Shown piece after piece: positions 19,593-32,006 of a stretch of DNA of 55,630 nucleotides. The notes beneath the pieces are model-generated. The model was not told where the DNA came from. It saw only the letters and a list, made by a program, of their open reading frames with translations, and searched no databases. Within the stretch, counting starts at the first letter, position 1, and each line of letters begins with the position of its first letter. Source of the DNA: Fidelibacterota bacterium. Lineage in GTDB: Bacteria > Fidelibacterota > Marinisomatia > Marinisomatales > UBA1611. The translations under genes and the position numbers were made by a program. Location of the stretch: contig JAOLAV010000004.1 in the NCBI GenBank assembly GCA_028338895.1, positions 1-55,630 of the forward strand. Direction: 5' to 3'.

Positions 19593-20333
19593 TTAACGCT
19601 CGCTCAAAAAATGCATTATTATTGAGCTAGCAGAAGCAACATTTAAAGATTCACCAAAACCCTTTTTTTCTATTGAAACAAACTGATCTAAAGACTTCAA
19701 AGAATCTTCTGTTAAGCCATGAGCTTCATTACCAAATACAATAACATACTTTTCAGGGTATTGAAAATTTTTATAATTTTTTCCTCTTTGATCTGCCCCA
19801 ATTAATAAATGTGTTGGCTTAAATTGATTAAGGTCAGTATCCATAATTAGCGAAACTCGAAAATGTGCGCCCATACCAGCTCTAATTACTTTAGGGTTAA
19901 ATGGGTCAACGCATTTTTTTGATAGAGCAATATTTATAAAATTAAAATAGGCGGCAGATCGTAAAATAGTACCCATATTACCTGGATCTGAAATTCCATC
20001 TAGAAATAACCAACATTTATTATCTAGAGGTAATATATTTTTTTCTGGCATTTTGCATATAGCACCTATCCCAGGAGATGTTTTTGTAAAAGAAATTTGT
20101 TCTATCTGTTTAGTCTTAATCACAGTGTGGTTAAGGTTCTTTTTTAGAATTGAATCAACTAAAGTAGAGTTTTGAGCAAAAAAATCATGAGTCATGTAAA
20201 TATTTTTTATATCAGCCCCGTATAAAATAGCAGATTCAATTAATCTTTTGCCTTCGATGAAAAAAACACCTAACTCTTTTCTGTTTTTACTTCTATTTAA
20301 GCTTTTAATATATTTTAATTGACTATTGTTCAT
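19593..20333 (-). CDS. TrmH/SpoU family RNA methyltransferase
   Basis: DPGNMGTILRSA, FGNEAHGL, ESLNVA; start probably MNNSQ. Confidence 0.92.
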   Translation of the reverse strand: MNNSQLKYIKSLNRSKNRKELGVFFIEGKRLIESAILYGADIKNIYMTHDFFAQNSTLVDSILKKNLNHTVIKTKQIEQISFTKTSPGIGAICKMPEKNILPLDNKCWLFLDGISDPGNMGTILRSAAYFNFINIALSKKCVDPFNPKVIRAGMGAHFRVSLIMDTDLNQFKPTHLLIGADQRGKNYKNFQYPEKYVIVFGNEAHGLTEDSLKSLDQFVSIEKKGFGESLNVASASSIIMHFLSER

Positions 20334-21945
20334 TACTCTGATAAACAATTTTTCCATTTAAAATCGTAAAGAGAACACGAGCATCTAAGATCATCTCTAA
20401 ATTGGTGGACTTAAGCTCTTGATCAAGTACAGTAAAATCAGCATAAAAATTTTCTTTGATTTTACCCTTTATTTTTTCTTCATATGATGCATAAGCACCC
20501 CATTCAGTATATGATTTTATTGCTTCTTTTAAAGTCATTTTTTGTTCAGAGTACCAACCTTTTTCTGGCAAACCATTTTTATCTTTTCTTGTTACGGATG
20601 CGTATATACCTTCAATTGGATTCGGTGATTCTATAGGGGCATCCGATCCACCAGGGACAGGAATATTTAATTTAATAAAGGACTTCCAGGGATATGCTTC
20701 ATGCATTCTTTCTAAGCCAATTCTTTCCTCAACCCAAGGCATATCACTGGTACAATGCGTTGATTGCATTGCTGGAATTACATTTAACTCTTTAAATCTT
20801 GGAACATCATCCGGATGAACAATTTGGGAATGCTCTATCCGATTTCTTATCTTGGTATTTGCAACTTCTTCATAATTGTCTAAAATTATTCTTATTGCGC
20901 GATCACCAATCCCATGAGTATTTACTTGAAAGCCAGATTTACTAAACTTTTTAACTAAACTTTTATGCTCAGAAGGTTTAATTATTAACAAACCATTTTC
21001 ACTTGGTGAGTCGGAATAGGGCTCTAATAAAGCGGCCCCTCGAGAGCCAAGAGCACCATCTAAGTAAATTTTAATTGACTGAACTTTTATAAATGGATTT
21101 TCTATTTCAGGACCACTTTCTAAAAATGAATCATAGTCTTTTGGGTTATTATTTAACATAGTATATACTCGAAGGGACAGCTCTTCGTTCTTAATCATTT
21201 TTTTAAGAATTTTTATTTCTTTTTTAGAGGTTCCAGCATCATGAATTGAAGTTATTCCAAATTTATTAAGCATAGTTTGAGCTTTGATTATTTGCCTATA
21301 AATATCCTGCTCTGTTTTTTCTGGGATTTGAGACTCAATAAGATCAAGGGCATTATCAATAAATATTCCGGTTGGATAACCAATGTCATCTCTTATAATT
21401 ATTCCTCCATTGACATCAACCGTATTTTCACTAATATTTGCCAACTTCATTGCAAGTGTATTTGTCCAAGCAGCATGGCCATCAATCCTCCTGAAAATCA
21501 TTGGATGGTCCATAGAGATTAAATCTAAGTCTGTAGCTTTTGGATATTCTGATTTTGACCAATCATTTTGGTCCCAACCACGGCCTAGTACCCAAGTACC
21601 TTTCGGGGTATTTTTTATTTCTTCTTTAATTTTTTTTAGGGCATCTAATTTAGAAGTTGTTCCAACTAAGTCTACTGATTCTAGCGACCATCCAAGACCT
21701 GTTAGGTGCATATGTGAGTCTATAAAGCCAGGATAAACCCATCCTCCTTTGAGATCTATTCTTTTGCCTGAATTAATATTCCCACTGGGTAGCAGTTGAA
21801 TTATCTTTCCTTTATTACAAAGGATGGCTTTTATATCGGGTCTTTCATAAACATTACAATTTGTATAAAGTATCATGGTATTTCTTTCACAACTGATTAT
21901 TAAAATTAGTACAACCGGAAATAATAATTTGAATAGTTTAAACAC
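20323..21945 (-). CDS. Amidohydrolase 3 (YtcJ-like) lipoprotein
   Basis: PGFIDSHMH, DGALGSRGA, HGIGDRA, RIEHSQ, GSDAP; IISC lipobox. Confidence 0.92.
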   Translation of the reverse strand: MFKLFKLLFPVVLILIISCERNTMILYTNCNVYERPDIKAILCNKGKIIQLLPSGNINSGKRIDLKGGWVYPGFIDSHMHLTGLGWSLESVDLVGTTSKLDALKKIKEEIKNTPKGTWVLGRGWDQNDWSKSEYPKATDLDLISMDHPMIFRRIDGHAAWTNTLAMKLANISENTVDVNGGIIIRDDIGYPTGIFIDNALDLIESQIPEKTEQDIYRQIIKAQTMLNKFGITSIHDAGTSKKEIKILKKMIKNEELSLRVYTMLNNNPKDYDSFLESGPEIENPFIKVQSIKIYLDGALGSRGAALLEPYSDSPSENGLLIIKPSEHKSLVKKFSKSGFQVNTHGIGDRAIRIILDNYEEVANTKIRNRIEHSQIVHPDDVPRFKELNVIPAMQSTHCTSDMPWVEERIGLERMHEAYPWKSFIKLNIPVPGGSDAPIESPNPIEGIYASVTRKDKNGLPEKGWYSEQKMTLKEAIKSYTEWGAYASYEEKIKGKIKENFYADFTVLDQELKSTNLEMILDARVLFTILNGKIVYQSNEQ

Positions 21946-22052
21946 TATATAAAATAATGTATTTATGGTTCAGAATTCTAAATAAATCTGACTTGGTGTA
22001 GCCAATGACCTCCGGTAATTTTAGATTGAACTGAAAAAAGGATTTTATCTTT

Positions 22053-23519
22053 ATGAGCAAAAAATTACCAAAGAGGGAAGATGGCTTTTCAAGTTGGTAC
22101 ACTCAAGTCGTCAATAAAGCAGGTTTAGCTGATTATGGGCCAGTTAAAGGTACAATGGTCATAAAGCCCTATGGCTTTCAGATTTGGGAAAATATAAAAG
22201 AGATATTTGATAAAATGATTAAAGAGACTGGACATGTAAATGCCTATTTTCCACTTTTTATTCCCAAATCATTTCTAGCTCGTGAAGCAGAACATATTGA
22301 GGGTTTTGCCAAAGAGTGCGCTATTGTAACTCATACCAAGTTAAAGTCAGATGGCGATAATGGAATTATTGTAGATCCAGATTCAAAATTGGAGGAAGAG
22401 TTAATTGTTAGGCCTACTTCTGAAACTATAATTTGGTCAATGTATAAAAAATGGATTCAATCTTACCGAGATTTACCCATTTTAATAAATCAATGGGCTA
22501 ATGTTGTTAGGTGGGAAATGCGTACTAGATTATTTCTACGAACTTCAGAGTTTTTATGGCAGGAAGGTCACACTGCTCATGCAACAAAAGAAGAAGCTCA
22601 AAAAGAAACATTAGATATTTTAGAATTATATAAAAGTTTAGCAGAGAATTATTTAGCTATTCCTGTTATAACGGGTATAAAAACAGAAGCAGAAAAATTT
22701 GCCGGAGCTGAAAGAACTTATTGTATAGAAGCAATGATGGGGGATAAAAAAGCATTGCAGGCGGGTACATCTCATAACCTTGGTCAAAACTTTGCAAAAG
22801 CATTTGATGTTAAATATCAAACAAAAGACAATAAGGAGGAATTAGTTTGGGCAACTAGCTGGGGTGTTAGTACAAGACTCATAGGGGCTATTATTTTGAC
22901 TCATGGCGATGATAAAGGCTTAAGACTTCCACCCAAAATTGCGCCTATTCAGGTTGTTATAATTCCAATTTATAAAAGTGATGAACAGAAAAGTTTAGTT
23001 AAACAATATTTAGTTGAAATTATTACAAACTTAGAAAGTCTTGGTATACGTATATATCAAGATTGGACAGATAATACACCGGGTTATAAGTTTAATAATT
23101 GGGAGATGAAAGGTGTTCCTTTAAGATTAGAGGTAGGTCCTCGTGATGTTGAAAATAATAATATTGTTCTAGCTCGGCGAGATATAGATGGGAAATTATT
23201 TTTATCCAAAGAGGTTACAATTAAAAAAATACCTGAACTTCTAAATGAAATTCAAAATAATTTATTTTCCCAAGCTCTTGAGTTCAGGGATAGTAATACT
23301 CATCAAGCATCAAACTTTGATGAATTAAAAAAAGTAATAAAGGAAGGTGGCTTTGCTCGATGTGGTTGGGATGGAAAAGCAAGTACTGAAACTTTAATTA
23401 AAGAAGAAACAAAAGCGACAATAAGATGCATCCCCTTGGATGAAAAACCAGAGAATCTTAAGTGTGTGTTTACAGGGACTCCAGCTAAGCATGAAGTCAT
23501 TTTTGCAAAAGCATATTAA
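22053..23519 (+). CDS. proS: Proline--tRNA ligase (eukaryote/archaea-like type)
   Basis: [34 protein letters not shown]-terminal FAKAY. Confidence 0.98.
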   Translation: MSKKLPKREDGFSSWYTQVVNKAGLADYGPVKGTMVIKPYGFQIWENIKEIFDKMIKETGHVNAYFPLFIPKSFLAREAEHIEGFAKECAIVTHTKLKSDGDNGIIVDPDSKLEEELIVRPTSETIIWSMYKKWIQSYRDLPILINQWANVVRWEMRTRLFLRTSEFLWQEGHTAHATKEEAQKETLDILELYKSLAENYLAIPVITGIKTEAEKFAGAERTYCIEAMMGDKKALQAGTSHNLGQNFAKAFDVKYQTKDNKEELVWATSWGVSTRLIGAIILTHGDDKGLRLPPKIAPIQVVIIPIYKSDEQKSLVKQYLVEIITNLESLGIRIYQDWTDNTPGYKFNNWEMKGVPLRLEVGPRDVENNNIVLARRDIDGKLFLSKEVTIKKIPELLNEIQNNLFSQALEFRDSNTHQASNFDELKKVIKEGGFARCGWDGKASTETLIKEETKATIRCIPLDEKPENLKCVFTGTPAKHEVIFAKAY

Positions 23520-23531
23520 TATCTGTCTTTC

Positions 23532-24221
23532 GTGATAATAGATACACCCGCTATAGTTTTAAAGTCTTTCTCGTATGGCGAAACGTCAATAATCACAAGG
23601 TGCTTTACCGAAAAAAAAGGAAAAATTAGCTTAATCGTTAGAGGTGCTAGAAGTAAAAAATCATCTAAGTTTTCACATTTTCAACCAATGAGTTATATCG
23701 ATATAATTTATAACCATAAGTTAAAGAATGAACTTCAGACCCTTTCCAAAGTAAGTTTTCGGGAGTACTGGTCACATATTTTAGATGATTTACGATCAGT
23801 CACATTTTCTATGACAATTTTAGATATAACAGAAAGAACACTTTCTTTAGAAGATCCGTTTCCCGGTTTATTTAAAATTTTAAAGAATGTTTTACGTTCT
23901 TTTAATCAAAAAGATAAAGATCCAAGTTTGTTATTTTGGTTTTATGAATGTTCACTTTTGACACATTTTGGTTTTAAACCTAATTTGGATAAAGTAGAAT
24001 TACCGGGATTGTTGTTACCAGACCCCAATAGTGGACCAAACAGCGGGTCTATATTAGCTAGTTTATTATCCGGCGATCTAGATCTATTACCTGAGGATGA
24101 AATTACACCTATAGATAGATCTATTATTAATAACTACCTCTGGACTTTACTCTGTTATCATTTTGAGGGTTTGGAAAAAATTAAATCAATGTCAACAACT
24201 AGAAAAATTTTATCAAAATAA
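23532..24221 (+). CDS. recO: DNA repair protein RecO
   Basis: AIVLKSFSYGETSII...GKISLIVRGAR OB-fold; GFKPNL. Confidence 0.9.
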   Translation: MIIDTPAIVLKSFSYGETSIITRCFTEKKGKISLIVRGARSKKSSKFSHFQPMSYIDIIYNHKLKNELQTLSKVSFREYWSHILDDLRSVTFSMTILDITERTLSLEDPFPGLFKILKNVLRSFNQKDKDPSLLFWFYECSLLTHFGFKPNLDKVELPGLLLPDPNSGPNSGSILASLLSGDLDLLPEDEITPIDRSIINNYLWTLLCYHFEGLEKIKSMSTTRKILSK

Positions 24222-24285
24222 GAATGATGAATAATTATTACATAGACTATTTCTATTTTAAATGATTCTGTATATTTAGCTTATA

Positions 24286-25113
24286 ATGAGATATCAATTT
24301 CAGTCACCCCCAGGGAATGTATCATACCGACCATCTCTATTCCCGGATGCTATTAAAATATTAGTATCTATTAACTTTGGTATTTTCATACTTCAGACTA
24401 TATCAAGATCGGAAAACTTACTTTTCCCGCTATTTGGATTGGTCCCAAAATTAGTTTGGTCTGAATTTATGATTTGGCAACCAGTCACATATCTATTCTT
24501 CCATGGAGGAATCTGGCATGTCCTCATAAATATGTTTGTACTTTGGATGTTCGGAAGTGAGCTTGAACGTCTTTGGGGAAAGGAACACTTTCTTAAATTC
24601 TATTTTACAACGGGGATAGGCGCGGGAATTTTAACTATGTTATTTGGCTTGAATTCAATCGTTCCAATCGTTGGTGCGAGCGGTGCCGTTTATGGCGTTT
24701 TATTAGCCTATGGGATTACATACCCTAATAGAAAAATATATTTGTATGGTATAATACCGATCAAATCATTGTGGTTTGTAATTGGAGTAGGTTTAATTGC
24801 TTTTTTTTCTTCCTTTAGTAACGCTTCACAGATTAGTCATTTAACCCATCTATCTGGAATGATCATAGGCTATTTAATATTAAAAAAGCCTGTTCGCTGG
24901 AATGAACTCGTTTTTAAGCTCAGAAAAAAAACAATAGAGTATAAAATACAGAAAGAGCATAAAGTTTTAAGTCAACAAAGTAATATAGAACGAGAAATAG
25001 ACTCAATTCTTGATAAAATTAATAGAGAGGGCTTTGACAGTTTATCCGAAGATGAGCAGGAACGTTTGTATAAAGGAAGTCAATCATTGTCAAAAAATAG
25101 AAAAAAAGATTAA
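24286..25113 (+). CDS. Rhomboid intramembrane serine protease with soluble C-terminal extension
   Basis: HVLINM, GASGAVYG, HLSG; tail IDSILDKINREGFDSLSEDE. Confidence 0.93.
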   Translation: MRYQFQSPPGNVSYRPSLFPDAIKILVSINFGIFILQTISRSENLLFPLFGLVPKLVWSEFMIWQPVTYLFFHGGIWHVLINMFVLWMFGSELERLWGKEHFLKFYFTTGIGAGILTMLFGLNSIVPIVGASGAVYGVLLAYGITYPNRKIYLYGIIPIKSLWFVIGVGLIAFFSSFSNASQISHLTHLSGMIIGYLILKKPVRWNELVFKLRKKTIEYKIQKEHKVLSQQSNIEREIDSILDKINREGFDSLSEDEQERLYKGSQSLSKNRKKD

Positions 25114-25148
25114 ATTAAACGCATTAACATATAATAAAATATTTAAAA

Positions 25149-25980
25149 ATGGATAATATCAAAAAAACTACTGATTATGGTACTCTTCTAGGTCTTTTTG
25201 CTGGAATTGCAATAATTTTTATAGGGATAATACAAAGTGGTGGGAGTTTATATTGGTTTTTTAATTTAAACTCTATTTTAATAGTTGTTGGTGGAACCTT
25301 TGCCGCAACAATGGTAAATCTACCATTAGGAGCATTGAAAAACTTCCCAAGTATATTACGGAATGTATTTAGAGCCGACGACTATGATTATAATGCTATT
25401 ATTGAAGAAATTGTTGAAAAAGCTCAAAAAGCTAAAAAAGATGGATTGCTCTCTCTCGAAGCCGATTTACCAAAGATGAGAAATGGCTTTTTCAAAAAAT
25501 GGAATTGAACTAGCAATTAACGAAAGAGAATCAACGCGCTTAAGGACATTTTTAAATTTGGAGCTAAATAATATTTCAAGTCGTCATATCGCTGGGCAAG
25601 AATTATTCCTTTATATGGCTTCATATGCTCCAGCTTTTGGTATGCTCGGCACAGTTCTTGGATTAATTGTCATGATGAATAATTTTTCAGGAGGAGGAGG
25701 TAGCGTAGACTCTTCAGGGGATGTAGCCGAAAGATTTGCAGAACTTTTATCCGGGATGGGATTAGCACTAATTACAACTTTTTATGGTGTTTTTTTTGCG
25801 AATATGATTTTTTTACCGGTAGGTGGGAAACTTAAAAGATTATCTGAAAATGAAATGATGATAAAAAGTATTGTTGTGGAAGGTATTATTAGTATCCATG
25901 CCAGAGAGCATCCAATACTTATAAAAGAAAAATTAATGACATTTGTCCCATCTCAGTTTCGTTACAATAATACAGATTAA
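25149..25980 (+). CDS. motA: MotA/PomA stator subunit, split by +1 frameshift in A6 run 25494-25499
   Basis: IVVGGTFAA, KKDGLLSLE in first frame; APAFGMLGTVLGLI, ALITTFYG in second. Removing one A gives a 276-aa ORF. Confidence 0.88.
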
Positions 25981-26006
25981 AATTATCCCATTATTGTGAG
26001 AGTAGT

Positions 26007-26720
26007 ATGAGTTTTCAAAAAAAATCAATTAGTATTGATGAGAGACAAGCAAAATCAACAGCATGGGCATTAACATTTGCAGATGTTGTTACACTTTTAT
26101 TGACCTTTTTTGTATTGTTACTTGTCATGCTTAATGATGCAGAAAAAAGTATAAATGTTGAAATTGATAAGTTATTAGATAAAACCTATCAAGAGATGAT
26201 TCAAAATTTAGAATCTGATAAAATAGTTATCGAAAGAGAAACAAAAGGGATTAAAATTACCCTAAGAGGTAATTTGTTTAAATCGGCATCTTCTGATATT
26301 GAGCCTCAATATCTCCCATTGATAAACAAGATTGGTAATATTATCAAACAATCTGATTTGATAAATATTGAAGAGAAAGGGCAGTATGAAAAGCTCCTTA
26401 AAACAATAGAAAAAAGAGGATCATCATTGAATGTAGAGGTTCGCTGCGAAGGACATACTGATGATGCTGCTTTACCTAAAGAATCTCAATACCCAAGTAA
26501 TTGGGAGCTCTCAGCATCACGCTCACTAAAGTTAGTTAGAATAATGAACAAAAGTGCTTTAATGCCAGAAAAATATTTTTCTGCTATGGGGTATGGTCAG
26601 TTTAGGCCGATAGTTGATATTACATCTATATCAAATTTTAAAGATAAAAAAATTGCTCGAGCCTCTAACAGGCGCGTTGAAGTTTATTTAGATGCTTTCT
26701 TAGTTGAAAAGATAGAATAA
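26007..26720 (+). CDS. motB: MotB/PomB stator subunit with OmpA-like domain
   Basis: WALTFADVVTLLLTFFVLL; EGHTD, NWELSASR, GYGQFRP, NRRVE. Confidence 0.92.
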   Translation: MSFQKKSISIDERQAKSTAWALTFADVVTLLLTFFVLLLVMLNDAEKSINVEIDKLLDKTYQEMIQNLESDKIVIERETKGIKITLRGNLFKSASSDIEPQYLPLINKIGNIIKQSDLINIEEKGQYEKLLKTIEKRGSSLNVEVRCEGHTDDAALPKESQYPSNWELSASRSLKLVRIMNKSALMPEKYFSAMGYGQFRPIVDITSISNFKDKKIARASNRRVEVYLDAFLVEKIE

Positions 26721-26734
26721 AGCGATACGGAGCA

Positions 26735-27070
26735 TTATTTCTCTTTATTAGGTAGAACTCTAAATACTTTTTCTCCAGGTTTAGACATTAAATAATTTTC
26801 CCTTGCTAATTTTTCAAGATATTTCATATCATTTTCGAGCTTATTTTTTTCTATTTTTAGTTTTTCTCGCTCATCTCGCAAGTTAGAGATATAGTTTATA
26901 ACTGATTTTTTTTCTTTTTCTAACTTGTACAATTGAAAAAGACCATGATTTCCAAAAATAAAAATAAAAATTAAAGTAAAACCTATTAAAAAAAGAACTC
27001 CTTGAATTATTTTTTTTTGAGTGTTAGCAATTTGCTCACTAGAAGATCTAGTTTTCTTTTTTGTAATCAT
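26735..27070 (-). CDS. ftsB: Septum formation initiator FtsB/DivIC
   Basis: TM-FGNHG-coiled coil-EKLARENYLMSKPGE; follows eno. Confidence 0.88.
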   Translation of the reverse strand: MITKKKTRSSSEQIANTQKKIIQGVLFLIGFTLIFIFIFGNHGLFQLYKLEKEKKSVINYISNLRDEREKLKIEKNKLENDMKYLEKLARENYLMSKPGEKVFRVLPNKEK

Positions 27071-27076
27071 GAAAAA

Positions 27077-28366
<1,290 letters not shown>

Positions 28367-28481
28367 TTACTCCACAAAATGTTAATTATAAATTAGATTT
28401 TAATGAAAATACTCACCAATAGTATTAACTTAGTTTATAAAGATTATTAAAACCTTAATAAATAATTGTTAAATTAACCAA

Positions 28482-29447
28482 ATGTTTAAAGTTCTACGAT
28501 ATAATAGTAAAAATCAATCTGAATGGGATTCTTTTGTACCAAAAAAAAACAATGGTACTCTTTTTCATCTGAGGTCATTCCTAAGCTATCATCCTGAAGA
28601 AAAGTTTATAGATCATAGTTTATTATTTTTTAAAAAAAGTAGTTTATTTGCGGTTTTTCCAGCTGCTGAAAATAAAAATAAAAATAATTTAGGTCTTATT
28701 TCTCATCCAGGTTCTACATTGGGCTCTTTTATTTTGCCGGAAGATCTTTCTATCGCGGATGCAATTGGCTTAGTTGAGTGTTTATTACTTTATTGTAAAA
28801 GGGAAAAATTTAATAATATTAGAATCACAATTCCACCGACTATGTATCAACACAGATTATCTAACTATATAGATTTTGCATTTATGAAAAATAATTTTTT
28901 TTACTCAAAAAGAGATGTCACAAGTATACTATACTTAGAAAAAAGTATTGATGAAACACTAGAAAAGTTTAGACCCTCTCATAAAAGAGCTGTTAAAAAA
29001 GCTTTAGGTAAAGGGCTTGTTTGCAAAGAGTCAGTAGACATTGATTCCTTTTATAAAATTCTAGAAAAAAATCTAAAAATAAGACACAACACAACACCTA
29101 CACATACTTCAAAGGAATTAAAACAACTCTTTAAAATGTTTCCAGATAAAATTAAACTATTTGCAGCTTTTGATAATGGTTGTATGATTGCAGGAGTTGT
29201 CAATTTTATTGTAAATAAACATGTTGTGTTAGCTTTTTATATTAGTCATGATGAAGACTTTATTGAAATGAGGCCTTTAAACCTTTTATTTTATACTATT
29301 TTTAAATGGGCAATAGATATAAAAATTAAAATTTATGATTTTGGTATTTTCACTGTTGATGGTAATCCAAATATGGGGCTTGGACGATTTAAAGAAAACT
29401 TTGGTGCTAGTGGTATTTTTAGGGATACAATAGAAATAAATTTATAG
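28482..29447 (+). CDS. FemAB-like GNAT family protein
   Basis: WDSFV...GTLFH, YDFG...GLGRFKENFGA. Confidence 0.8.
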   Translation: MFKVLRYNSKNQSEWDSFVPKKNNGTLFHLRSFLSYHPEEKFIDHSLLFFKKSSLFAVFPAAENKNKNNLGLISHPGSTLGSFILPEDLSIADAIGLVECLLLYCKREKFNNIRITIPPTMYQHRLSNYIDFAFMKNNFFYSKRDVTSILYLEKSIDETLEKFRPSHKRAVKKALGKGLVCKESVDIDSFYKILEKNLKIRHNTTPTHTSKELKQLFKMFPDKIKLFAAFDNGCMIAGVVNFIVNKHVVLAFYISHDEDFIEMRPLNLLFYTIFKWAIDIKIKIYDFGIFTVDGNPNMGLGRFKENFGASGIFRDTIEINL

Positions 29448-29452
29448 TTTTT

Positions 29453-30892
29453 ATGGGAATTAAAAACTTAGGAAAACAAACACTTATTTATGGTTTAGGT
29501 CATGTCATGGCTAGGCTAATTACTTTTTTATTACTTCCTTTATATACTCATTCATTTACAAAAGAAGAATATGGAGCTTTATCACTAGCATACGCTTTCA
29601 TGGGTTTTGCTCTAATATTATATCGATATGGTATGGACACTGCTCTGATGAAGTTCTCCTCTCAACAAGAAGGTGAAGAAAAAAAACATTATATCTCTGT
29701 CATAATCATAACTCAATTGGCAACGAGTATCTTTTTCAGTTTAATGCTGTATTTCTCTAGGAATATTATTGTAGAACTTGTCCTTGGAGTAAACAAACCC
29801 GATTGGATGGTTTTTCTAATCGTAATTTTATTTTTAGACTCCTTCTGGAACTTGCCAATGTTAATTCTTCGTGCAGAAGAAAGAGCAATCCCATTTATTA
29901 CTTTTAGCCTAGTTAATGTTATCTCTACAATGGTTTTAAATATTTATTTTGTTGTTTATTTGAGTGAAGGTATAGAAGGAGTGTTCAAAGCAAATATTAT
30001 AGCATCAGGGATTGTGTCTTTATTATCTCTTCCAATTCTTTTTAAGGTTATAAGATTCAAGTTTGTCAAGCGAGAAGTTTTAATAAAAGTACTTTATTTT
30101 TCATTACCATTTCTACCTGCAGGTATCTTTACAATGACAATGGAGTTATCAGATCGTTACATACTAGAATGGCTTTTGGGGACATCTGAAGTTGGGCTCT
30201 ATTCTGCTGGTAAGAAAATGGGAATGCTTGGTTTAACTATCGTAATGGGCTTTAATATGGGCTGGACTCCTTATTTTTTGAAAAGAGGTAAAAATGAGAA
30301 TGCAAAAGTTGAATTTAGGCTCATAACAACAATTTTTTTAGGTATAATGGGTTATCTTTGTTTTTTAGTTAGTCTTTGGGTACCTGAAATTATGCGGTTG
30401 ACAATATCAGGAAAGCCTTTAATAGGATCAGATTTTTGGGGTTGTGAGCCGATAGTTAGTATGATTTTACTTGGATACTTTTTTTTTGGAACTTATGTAA
30501 TTCAATTACCGGGTATCTATATTAAAGAAAAAACAAAGTGGGTGCCAGTTTTTAGAGTTATTGGCGCATCTGTCCTCTTAATATCGAGTATCATAGCAAT
30601 ACCAATCTTCGGTATAATTGGTGCTGCTTTGGGTGTTGTCCTAGCATTTATTTCTATGAGTATAGCAATATATTTTAAAACTCAATCTGTGTATCCGATT
30701 GCATATAATTGGCGAGGTATATTATTTCCAATATTCTTTTTAATCTTGGCTCAGGTAGGATTTCAAGGGCTTTTAATTAGAATCCTTGGTACGATCTTCT
30801 TTCCAGTCTTATGGTATATATTTGCAACAACAAATATAGAAAAAAAAATATACCATGATCAGTTAAGTCGTATAATTAAAACAAACTCCTAA
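29453..30892 (+). CDS. Wzx-like oligosaccharide flippase
   Basis: LLLPLYT...EEYG, SDRYIL...VGLYSAG; multi-pass membrane protein. Confidence 0.9.
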   Translation: MGIKNLGKQTLIYGLGHVMARLITFLLLPLYTHSFTKEEYGALSLAYAFMGFALILYRYGMDTALMKFSSQQEGEEKKHYISVIIITQLATSIFFSLMLYFSRNIIVELVLGVNKPDWMVFLIVILFLDSFWNLPMLILRAEERAIPFITFSLVNVISTMVLNIYFVVYLSEGIEGVFKANIIASGIVSLLSLPILFKVIRFKFVKREVLIKVLYFSLPFLPAGIFTMTMELSDRYILEWLLGTSEVGLYSAGKKMGMLGLTIVMGFNMGWTPYFLKRGKNENAKVEFRLITTIFLGIMGYLCFLVSLWVPEIMRLTISGKPLIGSDFWGCEPIVSMILLGYFFFGTYVIQLPGIYIKEKTKWVPVFRVIGASVLLISSIIAIPIFGIIGAALGVVLAFISMSIAIYFKTQSVYPIAYNWRGILFPIFFLILAQVGFQGLLIRILGTIFFPVLWYIFATTNIEKKIYHDQLSRIIKTNS

Positions 30893-30908
30893 CTTTACAA
30901 AAGTATAA

Positions 30909-32006
30909 ATGATATGTATTACTTCAAGTAGCCACTTTCCAGATGATGAAAGAATTTATCATAGGCAGATTAAGTCTTTGGTGAAAAACAAAAAAAAAAT
31001 ACTGTATATAACTCGATCTCAAAAAAATATTGATTTATCAAATGATTTGTTAAATCATATTAATTTGGATATAACCCTTTCTTCTTTTTTAGAGAATGCT
31101 CTAAGCATAATAAAAAATAATAATATTTCGCACCTGCAAGTACATGAAACCAATCTTTTACCATTAATTAAATCGATAAAGAGATTAGAACCATCGGTAG
31201 TTACTATATATGATGTTCATGAAGATATGAAGTCTCTCTATAGGACTTTTACAACCAGGAATATATTTATAAGCGAAGTCGCAATATACTTTCGAAATAA
31301 AAAAGAAGAATATTATTTAAAATATGTAGATAAAATTATTTTAGCTAACTCGACTATAAAAAAATCTTCATATAAAAATTTTAAAAAAGAAATGTACTTT
31401 TTAGAAAATTTCCCACAAAAAAAATATATCAGATCTTCAATAAAGAATAAAGTGAGAGCTCCTTTAATTGTTTATCATGGTCATTTAGCCCCTGAAAGAG
31501 GAATTTCAGATCTAGTTGAAGCAATGGTCGAAGTATTAAAAGCAGAGCCCCTTGCAACTCTAACGCTTTTAGGTACTTTTAGAATTGAGAGTTTTAAAAA
31601 AGAAGTTACCGCATTAATAAAAAAATATAAATTAGAAGATTGTATTAGTGTTAGAGCTCAAATTCCATATGAAGAGGTCTGGGGTGTGCTGAGAAAGCAT
31701 GCTATTGGTGTTATCCCGTTTAGAAGCAATCCATTAACAGAGAACAATACACCAACAAAGCTTTTTGAAATGATGGCTTCAGGCCTTGAGATTGTTGCAA
31801 CAGATTTACATCCAATAAGATATTTTTTAAATAAAACTATTTTTTGGGCTACACCAAACCAATCATCGTCTCTTGCAGAAAGTTTAATACAAGCTATAAA
31901 AAATCTAGAAGATGACTCTAACCTTAATGAAAATTTAGAATTAGTTAATCAAAGATATAATTGGGAGAAGATAGAATTAAAATATCTGTCAACTTTTCAA
32001 CAATAA
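30909..32006 (+). CDS. GT4 family glycosyltransferase
   Basis: YDVHED, PTKLFEMMASGLEIVATD. Confidence 0.9.
   Translation: MICITSSSHFPDDERIYHRQIKSLVKNKKKILYITRSQKNIDLSNDLLNHINLDITLSSFLENALSIIKNNNISHLQVHETNLLPLIKSIKRLEPSVVTIYDVHEDMKSLYRTFTTRNIFISEVAIYFRNKKEEYYLKYVDKIILANSTIKKSSYKNFKKEMYFLENFPQKKYIRSSIKNKVRAPLIVYHGHLAPERGISDLVEAMVEVLKAEPLATLTLLGTFRIESFKKEVTALIKKYKLEDCISVRAQIPYEEVWGVLRKHAIGVIPFRSNPLTENNTPTKLFEMMASGLEIVATDLHPIRYFLNKTIFWATPNQSSSLAESLIQAIKNLEDDSNLNENLELVNQRYNWEKIELKYLSTFQQ

Noticed and set aside
21946-22052. T-box leader before proS
   Set aside because: Region is too short (~105 nt, shared with a divergent gene) and has no GGTGGNACCGCG motif or terminator.
25149-26720. Zorya ZorA/ZorB defence system
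   Set aside because: MotA is normal length with no long helical tail, and no ZorC/D/E neighbours are present.
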